Origin: Hydrogenophaga intermedia | GTDB lineage: Bacteria; Pseudomonadota; Gammaproteobacteria; Burkholderiales; Burkholderiaceae_C | DNA: 64,000 nucleotides | Reading direction: 5' to 3' | Assembly: GCA_943372305.1 (NCBI GenBank) | Contig: CALRYD010000017.1 | Location: forward strand, 11,321-75,320 | The notes under the pieces: model-generated | Database searches by the model: none | The model's input: only the letters and a program-made list of their open reading frames with translations | What the model was told of the DNA's origin: nothing | Part shown: piece by piece, positions 11,220 to 20,667 of the stretch | Numbering within the stretch: the stretch's first letter is position 1 | How the letters are laid out: each line of letters begins with the position of its first letter | Position numbers and translations under genes: made by a program

Positions 11220-12146
11220 TCATTCGGCGCCGTAGAGCGTGGCCTGGCCAGGTGGCCGGGTCTTGAACCGCTTGTGCACCCAGAAGTACTGTTCGGGCAT
11301 GGTCGCGATCATGTCCTGCAGCAGCGCGTTCATGCGTGCGGTATCGGCCACCGGGTCGTCGGTCGGGAATCCCTCCCAGCGCGGCAGCACCGTGACGTCG
11401 TACCCCTGTGGCGTGAGCCGGCTGATGACCGGCACGACCTGCGCGCGCGCCAGCCGCGCAAAGCGTGAAAGTGAGGTGATGGTGGCCGCCGGCACGCCGT
11501 AAAACGGCACAAACACCGAGTCGTGGGCGCCATAGTCCATGTCGGGCAACAGGTACAGCGGTTCGCCCGCGCGCAGGGCCGCCACCAGCGGCTTGAGGCC
11601 TTGGCGGCGCGGCACGATGTGGGCCTGACCAAAGCGCTGCCGGCCGTCCAGGATCCAGCGGTCCACCGCCTTGTTGACCTGTTCGGCGTAGATGGTGCAA
11701 AAGCGCCGCTCCAGCTGCGAGGTCAGCGCGGTCCAGCCGGCGTCCAGCCCGACAAAATGCGGCGCAAAGATCACCGTCGGGGCGTCACCCGCCAGAGCCG
11801 CGACCTCGCCATTGAGTCGCAGGCGGCGATTCACCGTCTCCGGGTGGCCGTGCCAGAGCCAGCTGCGGTCCAGCCAGGCCTGCGCGAAATGCACGAAGTG
11901 CCGGCGCACCGCAGCGTGGCGCTGCGCCTCGGGCAGCTCGGGAAAACACAGCGCCCAGTTGGTTCGCGCGATGCGGCGACGCCGCCCGGCCAACGCGTGC
12001 AGCGTGCGGCCGAACACCCAGCCCAGCGCGCGCACCAGCGGCAGGGGGGTACGGGCGAGCACGCGCATCAGCGCCAGGCCCAGGACATTGCCCCACCGGT
12101 CGGCGATGGGTTTGCACAGCGATTTCAGGCGGTCGGACAGGCTCAT
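11220..12146 (-). CDS. lipid A biosynthesis late acyltransferase (LpxL/LpxM family)
   Basis: About 308 aa from the ATG at 12146 (MSLSDRLKSL...). Family signature regions present (NWALCFPE, FAPHFVGLD, YLLPDMDYG). Start overlaps the stop of the upstream paralog. Confidence 0.85.
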   Translation of the reverse strand: MSLSDRLKSLCKPIADRWGNVLGLALMRVLARTPLPLVRALGWVFGRTLHALAGRRRRIARTNWALCFPELPEAQRHAAVRRHFVHFAQAWLDRSWLWHGHPETVNRRLRLNGEVAALAGDAPTVIFAPHFVGLDAGWTALTSQLERRFCTIYAEQVNKAVDRWILDGRQRFGQAHIVPRRQGLKPLVAALRAGEPLYLLPDMDYGAHDSVFVPFYGVPAATITSLSRFARLARAQVVPVISRLTPQGYDVTVLPRWEGFPTDDPVADTARMNALLQDMIATMPEQYFWVHKRFKTRPPGQATLYGAE

Positions 12147-13027
12147 GGGCTGGGCGGAGCGGCGGGTTCGGACGGACCTCGCTGCACGGCAGGTGTCTTG
12201 TAGCGGTCGTAAGACCAGAGGTATTGGCGCGGGCACTCGCGCACCAGTTGTTCCATCGCCTGGTTGATCTGCTGGGCAGCGGTGGCAGCGTCGGTGGACA
12301 AAGGCCCCCAGGCCGAGGCGTCGTAGGGGCGCACATGGACGAGGAATCCGCGGCCCCAGCGCAGACGCTCGCCCCAGGCCAACAGCACCTGGGCATCGGC
12401 GGCGTGGGCCAGGCGGGCCGAAAGCGTCATGGTGTACGCGTCACGCCCGAAGAACGGCGCCCAGACACCCTGACCGGCGGGCGGCACCTGGTCGGGCAGC
12501 AGCCCCACCACCTGGCCCGCCTTGAGCGCCTTGATCAGTTGTTTGACGCCGGCCAGCGTGGTGGGTGCGGTCTGCAGGCCCGGGCGCTGGCGCGCACCGG
12601 CCACGAGGTCACGCAGCCAGGGCTGGCGGGCCGGGCGGAACAGCACCGTCATGGGCTGACGGGCACCAAAGCGTTGCGCGTACGCCTGGGCGGCGATCTC
12701 GAAACAGCCCAAATGCGGGGTGAGGAACAGCACGCCGCGGCCATGGGCCTGCGCGGCTTCGATGTGGGCGGCCCCTTCCCAGCCCATGCGCACGGACCGG
12801 CCCAGCCACAGACGCGGCAGCTCGGCCACCAGTTTGCCGGCCTCGCCCACCGAGGCCAGCGCAGCCGTCACCGGCACACCCGCCAGCTTCGCGTGGGCCA
12901 GCAGACGGCGCCGGTAGCGCGGGGAGAGCACAAAGCTCAGCCAGCCCAACCCCCAACCCAGCGCGTGCAACAACGGCAGCGGCAGGACCGAGAAGGTGCG
13001 AAAGAGGAGGTGAACGAAAAACGTCAC
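12143..13027 (-). CDS. lipid A biosynthesis late acyltransferase paralog (LpxL/LpxM family)
   Basis: Same family as the neighbour (FLTPHLGCFE, GLLPDQVP). GTG start at 13027 is inferred; the track ORF extends to 13150. Confidence 0.8.
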   Translation of the reverse strand: MTFFVHLLFRTFSVLPLPLLHALGWGLGWLSFVLSPRYRRRLLAHAKLAGVPVTAALASVGEAGKLVAELPRLWLGRSVRMGWEGAAHIEAAQAHGRGVLFLTPHLGCFEIAAQAYAQRFGARQPMTVLFRPARQPWLRDLVAGARQRPGLQTAPTTLAGVKQLIKALKAGQVVGLLPDQVPPAGQGVWAPFFGRDAYTMTLSARLAHAADAQVLLAWGERLRWGRGFLVHVRPYDASAWGPLSTDAATAAQQINQAMEQLVRECPRQYLWSYDRYKTPAVQRGPSEPAAPPSP

Positions 13028-13221
13028 GGAACGGGGATCACAAGGCGATCTGCGGGAGGAAAACAGGGTTTTTCGGCTCGATCCAATCCGTGCGACTGGT
13101 CTAAAATCCGCCCATCGCCGAGTTATTGAACTAATTGCGGGGCGATTCACAAATTCCGCTAAAGCGTTCGCCGAACTCCAGAGACCGGCAACGCCGATCC
13201 ACCAACTTGGAGTTTATCTAC

Positions 13222-14403
13222 ATGGCGAACGACTTCCTCTTCACGTCCGAATCCGTCTCCGAAGGCCACCCCGACAAGGTCGCCGACCAGATCTCGGACG
13301 CCATCCTCGACGCGATCTTTGCGCAGGACCCGCGCAGCCGCGTGGCCGCTGAAACCCTGACCAACACCGGTCTGGTGGTGCTGGCCGGTGAAATCACGAC
13401 GCAGGCCAACGTGGACTACATCCAGGTGGCGCGCGACACGATCAAACGCATCGGCTACGACAACACCGAATATGGCATCGACTACAAAGGCTGCGCCGTG
13501 CTGGTGGCCTACGACAAGCAGTCCAACGACATCGCGCAGGGCGTGGACCACGCGTCCGACGACCACCTGAACACCGGCGCCGGTGACCAGGGCCTGATGT
13601 TCGGCTACGCCTGCGACGAAACGCCCGAGCTGATGCCCGCGCCCATCCACTACGCACACCGCCTGGTCGAGCGCCAGGCCCAGCTGCGCAAGGACGGCCG
13701 CCTGCCGTTCCTGCGCCCGGACGCCAAGAGCCAGGTGACCATGCGCTACGTGGACGGCAAGCCGCACAGCATCGACACCGTGGTGCTGTCCACCCAGCAC
13801 AGCCCGGATCAGAGCGAGACCTCCACCAAGATGAAGGACAGCTTCATCGAAGCGGTGATCGAAGAAATCATCAAGCCGGTGCTGCCCAAGGAGTGGCTGC
13901 AGAACACGCGCTACCTGGTCAACCCGACCGGCCGATTCGTCATTGGCGGCCCGCAGGGTGACTGTGGTCTTACGGGCCGCAAGATCATCGTCGACACCTA
14001 CGGCGGCGCCTGCCCGCACGGCGGTGGCGCGTTCTCGGGCAAGGACCCTTCCAAGGTGGACCGTTCGGCCGCCTACGCCGCGCGTTACGTGGCCAAGAAC
14101 GTGGTCGCCGCCGGTCTGGCGCGCCAGTGCCAGGTGCAGGTGGCTTACGCCATCGGTGTGGCCAAGCCGATGAACATCACGGTCTACACCGAAGGCACCG
14201 GCGTGATCCCCGACAGCGAGATCGCCAAGCTGGTGGAGGCCCACTTCGACCTGCGCCCCAAGGGCATCATCCAGATGCTGGACCTGCTGCGCCCGATCTA
14301 CAGCAAGACCGCCGCCTACGGCCACTTCGGCCGCGAAGAGCCCGAGTTCACCTGGGAAAAGACGGACAAAGCGGCTGTGCTGCGTGCAGCCGCCGGGCTG
14401 TAA
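13222..14403 (+). CDS. metK: S-adenosylmethionine synthetase
   Basis: 393 aa from the ATG at 13222 ([26 protein letters not shown]...[19 protein letters not shown]). Confidence 0.97.
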   Translation: MANDFLFTSESVSEGHPDKVADQISDAILDAIFAQDPRSRVAAETLTNTGLVVLAGEITTQANVDYIQVARDTIKRIGYDNTEYGIDYKGCAVLVAYDKQSNDIAQGVDHASDDHLNTGAGDQGLMFGYACDETPELMPAPIHYAHRLVERQAQLRKDGRLPFLRPDAKSQVTMRYVDGKPHSIDTVVLSTQHSPDQSETSTKMKDSFIEAVIEEIIKPVLPKEWLQNTRYLVNPTGRFVIGGPQGDCGLTGRKIIVDTYGGACPHGGGAFSGKDPSKVDRSAAYAARYVAKNVVAAGLARQCQVQVAYAIGVAKPMNITVYTEGTGVIPDSEIAKLVEAHFDLRPKGIIQMLDLLRPIYSKTAAYGHFGREEPEFTWEKTDKAAVLRAAAGL

Positions 14404-14515
14404 GCCCGCTGGGCATCAGCGAGCTTTCTGGCGTTCGGCGCAGCCAACGCACCGATCGCGTCAAGGCCTTGCGCGAGGCGGCAGGCTTCAAGTAAGCGAG
14501 CGCCAACATACCCAA

Positions 14516-14546
14516 AGCCCCTGAGCGAGAGCCAGGGGCTTTTTTG
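14516..14546 (+). terminator. Rho-independent terminator downstream of metK
   Basis: AGCCCCTG-loop-CAGGGGCT followed by TTTTTT. Confidence 0.65.
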
Positions 14547-14665
14547 TGCCTTTTCTCCGTTTTCACCGGGCCACATCGCCCTGAATTTTTGCGGCCGGCG
14601 GCCGATAGCTACAGCACGGAGTATTTCTGCCACACCCGGCAGCTCACGATCTGGAGCTCTACCCC

Positions 14666-16744
14666 ATGGACCACACCCTCAGCCTGGAGCCGGCCGCCGC
14701 CGCCCCCGACCTGGAAGCCCTGGTGGCCCAGCGCACGCACGAGTTGCAACAGGCCCTGGACCGCGCGCAGGCGCTGTACGACCACGCGCCCTGTGGCTAC
14801 CTGTCGCTGGACGCGGACCTGCGCTTCGTCAACATCAACCAGACCCTGCTGAACTGGCTGGGCTACACGCGAGAAGAACTGGTCGCGCACCGGGACCTGT
14901 TCGATCTGATCGACCCGGCGCTGCGCGAAACCATGTCCCGGCGCATGCAGTCGCTGCTGCTCGGCGGGCAGACCGAAGGCCTGGAGATCGAAGTGCGCCG
15001 CAAGGACGGCAGCCGTTTCCAGGTGCTGGCCTCATCGACCGCGGTGTGCGACGCAGAGGGCCAGTTCCTGCACAGCAACACCACGGTGGTGGACATCAGC
15101 GAACGCAAGGCGGCCGAGCGGCGACTGAGTGCACACGAAAGCTTCCTGCAAACCATCACCGACCGCATCCCGGTGCACCTGGCCTATTACGACAAGGACC
15201 TGGTGTGCCGCTTCGTCAACCGCGCGCACGCCCACGGCAACGGCAAGCACCCGCACGAAATGATCGGCGAGCCGCTGGCGCTGGTGGTGCCACCGGACCT
15301 GCTGCCCGACATCCTCCCGCACGTGGCCGACGCGCTCAATGGCCAGCCGCAGACGTTTGAAATCGAGCGCCCCGGCCCGGGCGACCAGCGCAGCTATTAC
15401 GAGATCCACTACATCCCCGACCAGCAGGACGGCGTGGTCGAGGGCATCTTCATCGAGCTGCACGACATCACCGAACGCAAGCGCACCGAAGAGTTCGTTC
15501 TCGAAGCAAATCGGGACCTGGAAGAGCGGGTGCGCGAACGCAGCGCCGAACTCTTCCTGAGCGAGCAGCGCTACCGCCTGATGGTGGACGCGGTGCAGGA
15601 CTACTGCGTGTATTTCGTGAACGAAGAAGGCGTCATCACCGAGTGGACCGAGAGCGCCCAGCGCCTGCACGGCCACCGCCGCCAGCAGATCGTGGGCAAG
15701 CCCTACCGGCAGTTGCTCGCCGCCAACAACGCCGGCGAGGACGAGGTCGACCCCGACCAGGTGATGCGCCTGGCCAAGGCCCACGGCCAGTGGGAAACCC
15801 GTGGCTGGCGCCTGCGCGACGACGGCTCGCGCTTCTGGGCCCACACCGTGCTGACCGCGCTGCGCAACGAAACGGGGGAGTTGCAGGGTCTGTCCAGCAT
15901 CACCCGTGACATGACCGCCGCCAAGAGCCTGGAGGACGTGATGAACGACCTCAACAAGGAACTCGAAAAGCGCGTGGCCGAACGCACCCAGCAGCTGGTG
16001 GCCGCCAACAAAGACCTGGACGTGTTTTCGCACATGGTCTCGCACGACCTGCGCGCACCGCTGCGCCACATCGCCAGCTTCCTCACACTGTTGCAGGAGC
16101 AACTGGGCGAGTCCAGCGACAAGCTGGTCAACCAGTACCTGGCCTCCATTTCCAAGGCCAGCAAGCGCATGAGCCTGATGATCGAAGGCCTGCTGGAATA
16201 CGCCCGCCTGGGCCGGGTGTCCATCGAGTCACAGCCGGTGCCGCTGACACCGCTGATCGACGGCGTGATCGGGCACCTCAAGCAGGAACACCCGAACCGC
16301 AACATCACCTGGACGGTGGAAGACGACCTGCCGGTGGTGCGCGGCGACGCCATGCTGCTGGCCGAGGTGTTCACCAACCTGCTGGAGAACTCGGTCAAGT
16401 ACACCCGCACGCACGAGAGCGCGCACATCGAAGTGGGCTGGCGCGTCAACCCGGTGGGCGGGCGCACCTTCTACATCCGCGACGACGGCGTCGGCTTCGA
16501 CCTGGAGAAGGCGCACAACCTGTTTGTCATGTTCCAGCGCCAGCACCATTCGATGGACTTCGAAGGCACCGGCACCGGCCTAGCACTGTCGCAGCGCATC
16601 ATTGAACGGCACGGCGGCCGCATCTGGGCCGAAACCGCGCCTGGTGAAGGCTGCGTTTTCTACTTCACCCTGCCCTTCGACGGACTGGAACCCGAACCCG
16701 AACTCGACTTTCCGCGGTCGGCCATGGCCGAGCTGACGATCTGA
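14666..16744 (+). CDS. multi-PAS sensor histidine kinase
   Basis: 692 aa with three PAS-like segments, a HisKA H-box (FSHMVSHDLRAPL) and HATPase_c N/G boxes (NLLENSVKY, DDGVGFD, GTGTGLAL). No adjacent response regulator. Confidence 0.9.
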   Translation: MDHTLSLEPAAAAPDLEALVAQRTHELQQALDRAQALYDHAPCGYLSLDADLRFVNINQTLLNWLGYTREELVAHRDLFDLIDPALRETMSRRMQSLLLGGQTEGLEIEVRRKDGSRFQVLASSTAVCDAEGQFLHSNTTVVDISERKAAERRLSAHESFLQTITDRIPVHLAYYDKDLVCRFVNRAHAHGNGKHPHEMIGEPLALVVPPDLLPDILPHVADALNGQPQTFEIERPGPGDQRSYYEIHYIPDQQDGVVEGIFIELHDITERKRTEEFVLEANRDLEERVRERSAELFLSEQRYRLMVDAVQDYCVYFVNEEGVITEWTESAQRLHGHRRQQIVGKPYRQLLAANNAGEDEVDPDQVMRLAKAHGQWETRGWRLRDDGSRFWAHTVLTALRNETGELQGLSSITRDMTAAKSLEDVMNDLNKELEKRVAERTQQLVAANKDLDVFSHMVSHDLRAPLRHIASFLTLLQEQLGESSDKLVNQYLASISKASKRMSLMIEGLLEYARLGRVSIESQPVPLTPLIDGVIGHLKQEHPNRNITWTVEDDLPVVRGDAMLLAEVFTNLLENSVKYTRTHESAHIEVGWRVNPVGGRTFYIRDDGVGFDLEKAHNLFVMFQRQHHSMDFEGTGTGLALSQRIIERHGGRIWAETAPGEGCVFYFTLPFDGLEPEPELDFPRSAMAELTI

Positions 16745-16799
16745 TACGTCCGCTCTGCCAGACCCTCGGGGTTCACGTGACCGGCCTATCATCCGGCGC

Positions 16800-17268
<469 letters not shown>

Positions 17269-17294
<26 letters not shown>

Positions 17295-17802
17295 AGCGCC
17301 GCACCGGTCCGGCTTCGGCTTCGATCAGCGGCCGCAGATCCCGCTGAGCACCGGCCGCCATCAGCAGTTCGGCCACCAGGAACATCGGTCCCACGAGCAG
17401 ACCGCGCAGATCGTCGAAAAAGGCAGGCTTGCGACCTTCCCACACATGGCCGACGGTCTGGAACACCCAGCCGACCACGAAGCTGCCCAGACCCCAGGTG
17501 AGCCAGGTTGCGGTGGACGCCTCGCCCAGCGGCTGGGCCAGTGCCACCAGACCGGCCAGCGCCACCATCGTCGGCACGGTGACCGAAGCGCGACCCAGCC
17601 GCAGATACCACACCGCCGTCAGCGCCCAGACCAGCCAGTGGGCCCCGGGCAGCACCGAGCCAGCACCGCCCAGAGGCACCCGCGCCAGCAGGGCCGCGAT
17701 GCCGAACGCGATGAGCGGAATGCCCACGAAGTGGGTGGCGATGTTGCGCGGGTCGCGGTGGTAGCGCGCGTACTCGATCAGTTGCCGGGTGGCGTTGTCC
17801 AT
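17269..17802 (-). CDS. Mpo1-like / DUF962 membrane protein
   Basis: 177 aa from the ATG at 17802 (MDNATRQLIEYARYHRDPRNIATHFVGIP...GHVWEGRKPAF). The 264-aa track ORF has a GC-rich spurious extension. Confidence 0.75.
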
Positions 17803-17927
17803 GGTCGTCTCCTGGTTTTGGGCTCTGTCAGGCGCAAGCATCCGCTGTCGGCCTCGGGGTCGTCTGTCAAAATTTCGACAAACCCCCTGCCCTGCCCGCC
17901 CACCCGAGGGCAAACCCCTATCTCCCC

Positions 17928-18596
17928 ATGCCCGCGTCCCCCCTGGCACCGTCCGGCCTGCACACCGCCCTGACCAGCGACGAATGGTTCGGCGCCTGCG
18001 CGCCGGCGCTGCAGGCCGAACTGCTGCGCCTGGGCCGGCTGCGCGCGCTGGCCCACGGCACATCGCTGTTCGCGCGCGGCGGCGAGGCCGACGGCCTGTG
18101 CTGCGTGCTCGCCGGTGCGCTGCGCATCGGCGCCCTCAACGCCGACGGCGACAGCGCCCTGCTGGCCTATCTGGAGCCCTACCAGTGGTTCGGCGAAATC
18201 TCGCTCATCGACGGCCGCCCGCGCACCCACGACGCCGTGGCCGATGGCCCCACGCAGGTGCTGGTGGTGCCGCGCGAGGCACTGATCGCCTGGCTCGACG
18301 AGCACCCGGCGATGTGGCGCGAACTCGCCCGGCTGGCCTGCCGCAAGCTGCGCGTGCTCTTCGTGGCGGTGGAGGAACTGGCGCAACTGCCGCTGGAAGA
18401 ACGCGTCTGGCGCCGCCTGCAACTGGTAGCCCAGGGCTACGGCAGCCGCGAAGCCCCGCGCCGCCGCATCCGCCTGGCGCAGGAGGTGCTGGCCCAGATG
18501 CTGGGCGTGAGCCGCCAGAGCATCAACAAGGCGCTCAAGGCGCTGGAAGCGGGCGGGCGCGTGCGGCTGCACTATGGCGAAATCGAGCTGCTGTAG
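17928..18596 (+). CDS. Crp/Fnr family transcriptional regulator
   Basis: cNMP-binding beta-roll (FGEISLIDGRPRTHDA) plus a C-terminal HTH (QEVLAQMLGVSRQSINKALKALE). Confidence 0.88.
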   Translation: MPASPLAPSGLHTALTSDEWFGACAPALQAELLRLGRLRALAHGTSLFARGGEADGLCCVLAGALRIGALNADGDSALLAYLEPYQWFGEISLIDGRPRTHDAVADGPTQVLVVPREALIAWLDEHPAMWRELARLACRKLRVLFVAVEELAQLPLEERVWRRLQLVAQGYGSREAPRRRIRLAQEVLAQMLGVSRQSINKALKALEAGGRVRLHYGEIELL

Positions 18597-18668
18597 AAGC
18601 GCCGCAAATAAAGTCGCATTCATTCCCGCAAACATTTGACTTTTCCTTTTCAAGTCATAGACTTGCGC

Positions 18669-19904
18669 ATGGATAAAAAGTCGCAAACATTCCCGCTATA
18701 CGACCATCCGTCCCAGATGGAGCCGCTGCTGCCCGGCGAGCACCGCCTGGGGCCGTTGCTGGAGCAAGCGCACGACCTCATCCGCCAGTCGGACCGGCTC
18801 GCAGGCCTGTGCCAGCCCGGCGCTCTCAGCGGCTTGCGGCGACTGCTGCGGGCCATGAACTCGTACTACTCCAACAAGATCGAGGGCCAGCACACCCTGC
18901 CGCTGGAGATTGAACAGGCCCTGCGCAACGACTATGCGCAAGACGCCGAAAAGGCGCGCCGCCAGCGCCTGGCCCTGGCCCACATGGCCACCGAACAGCA
19001 ACTGGAAACCCTGTGGCCGCAGTGGGACAGCGCTCAGGTGTGGTCACCGCAGACGGTGCAGGACATCCACCAGGACCTGTTTGCCCGCCTGCCCGCCACC
19101 GACCGCTTGCTGCCCCCGTCAGACGGCGCACAGGCCAGCGCGGAACTGAAGCCGGGCGAACTGCGCACACAGGAAGTGAGCGTGGGCCGGCACGCCGCGC
19201 CGGTGGCGGTGCAGTTGCCCGCCTTCCTCGCGCGCTGGTCGCAGGTGTACGGACAGGTTCGACGCGGCGAAATGCAGGTGCTGGCCATGGCCGCCGCCCA
19301 CCACCGGCTGGCGTGGATTCACCCCTTTCGCGATGGCAACGGCCGCGTCGCCCGCCTGCACAGCCACCTGGTACTGGGCCAACTGGGCTTGACCAACGGG
19401 CTGTGGTCCCCGCTGCGCGGCTTTGCCCGCACACAGGACGCGTACTACGCCCAGTTGGCCGCGGCGGACGAACCGCGTGCGGGCGACCTGGACGGTCGCG
19501 GAAACCTGAGCGAGCGAGCCTTGGAGCAGTGGATGGCCTACACCCTGGGCGTTTGCCTGGACCAAGTGGACTTCATGACACGCACGCTGGCCCTGGACGG
19601 GATGAAAGACCGCATGGCCGCCTGCCTGGCCTATGAAGAGCAGGTGGTGAAACAAGGGGTGCGCAGCGAAGCCCTGCGTGCGCTGCACTACCTGTTCGCC
19701 ACCCAGAGCGAGCTCGATCGCGCCGACTTCAAGGCCCTGCTCGGCCTGGGCGAACGCCTGGCCACCGCGCAAGTGAGCGCCCTGCTCAAACGCGGCCTGC
19801 TGGAAAGCGACACGACCTACGGCAAGCTGCGCCTGGGCGTGCCGCAACACGCGCTGCGCTTTTACTTTCCGCGGTTGTGGCCGGAGGCCGAAGCGCAAGC
19901 TTGA
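18669..19904 (+). CDS. Fic family protein (putative AMP-transferase) with N-terminal inhibitory helix motif
   Basis: Canonical Fic motif HPFRDGNGRVAR at 19320-19355. S-x-x-x-E-G motif (SNKIEG) at 18870-18887, N-terminal to the core. ATG at 18669. Confidence 0.9.
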   Translation: MDKKSQTFPLYDHPSQMEPLLPGEHRLGPLLEQAHDLIRQSDRLAGLCQPGALSGLRRLLRAMNSYYSNKIEGQHTLPLEIEQALRNDYAQDAEKARRQRLALAHMATEQQLETLWPQWDSAQVWSPQTVQDIHQDLFARLPATDRLLPPSDGAQASAELKPGELRTQEVSVGRHAAPVAVQLPAFLARWSQVYGQVRRGEMQVLAMAAAHHRLAWIHPFRDGNGRVARLHSHLVLGQLGLTNGLWSPLRGFARTQDAYYAQLAAADEPRAGDLDGRGNLSERALEQWMAYTLGVCLDQVDFMTRTLALDGMKDRMAACLAYEEQVVKQGVRSEALRALHYLFATQSELDRADFKALLGLGERLATAQVSALLKRGLLESDTTYGKLRLGVPQHALRFYFPRLWPEAEAQA

Positions 19905-19919
19905 AGCCTTCCGCCGGGC

Positions 19920-20201
19920 TCAACGGCCCGAACCGCCGGCAAACCGCAACGCCGAACGCTCCCGCGCCTTCTGCGCTTCCACCTCGCGGTTCTTCGGCTC
20001 GGCGTTCGTCACCAGCGACTGGATCAACCGCCGCGCCGAATCTGCCACCTCGGCCACCGCGCGGTCAAACGCTTCTTCGTTCGCCTTGCTCGGCACGCTG
20101 AACCCGCTGAGCTTGCGCACGAACTGCAGCGAAGCATCGCGAATCTCCAGTTCGCTCGCGGGCGGCTCGAAGTTGAACAGGGTCTTAATGTTGCGGCACA
20201 T
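19920..20201 (-). CDS. DUF2277 domain protein
   Basis: 93 aa from the ATG at 20201 (MCRNIKTLFNFEPPASELEIRDASLQFVRKLSGF...), the conserved start of this small protein family. Confidence 0.75.
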   Translation of the reverse strand: MCRNIKTLFNFEPPASELEIRDASLQFVRKLSGFSVPSKANEEAFDRAVAEVADSARRLIQSLVTNAEPKNREVEAQKARERSALRFAGGSGR

Positions 20202-20597
20202 GAGTGGCTCCTGCAGGGGAACAATCGAGGGTTGGGATAGGTTTTGATTCGTTGACATGGCGCGACCCTTAGCAAACTTCCGCTTGGCCGTTATCACACC
20301 CCCTCAGCTGCCAGTCCGACCATAGCGCGGACCCCCGTTTGTGGGTTCGCGGCGCAAAGCTTGAGGCATTGCGGGCTCGCCAATAGGGGTGGTCTCCCGT
20401 GCAGACCGTGGGCTGTTTACTCTGGCCCTGGCATACGCGGAAGGTCACTCTTGTTCACAATGCTCTTGCCTTCTTTTTGGAACAGTTCACGCTTTGCCGC
20501 CTGTTTCAGCGGCGCCATGCGACCTTCGTCGTGCTGGTCAAAGTAGCTGCCACCGTGTTTTTGTAGGCAAGGATCGACAGTTAAAGTTAAAGAACAA

Positions 20598-20641
20598 AAC
20601 AACTTCGTTTTAAAACACTTGCGTTTTAAAACGAAGTTGTT
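20598..20641. promoter_or_regulatory. nested perfect palindrome (candidate operator or hairpin) upstream of the island's first gene
   Basis: AACAACTTCGTTTTAAAAC-ACTTGC-GTTTTAAAACGAAGTTGTT, with 19-bp perfect arms. Each arm contains the self-complementary 10-mer GTTTTAAAAC. It sits in a stretch of about 30% G+C (hand count, 20581-20660), 16 nt upstream of the AGGAGGA Shine-Dalgarno of the 20668 ORF. Confidence 0.6.
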
Positions 20642-20667
20642 TAGATTGACGATCTCTAGGAGGATGC

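Noticed and set aside
13121-13221. SAM-II-type riboswitch upstream of metK (CGAUUCAC ... CGCUAAAGCG strings)
   Set aside because: The two conserved-looking strings are only about 6 nt apart, too close to form the P1 hairpin and pseudoknot of SAM-II as I remember it. It is kept only as a generic structured-leader observation.
20361-20613. Plus-strand small ORFs (61 and 74 aa) upstream of the island ATPase as possible leader or regulator genes
   Set aside because: They have Cys/Ser/Leu-rich odd composition, no SD sequence, and run across the palindrome. The reverse-strand 61-aa ORF has the more coding-like codon pattern and is reported separately at low confidence.
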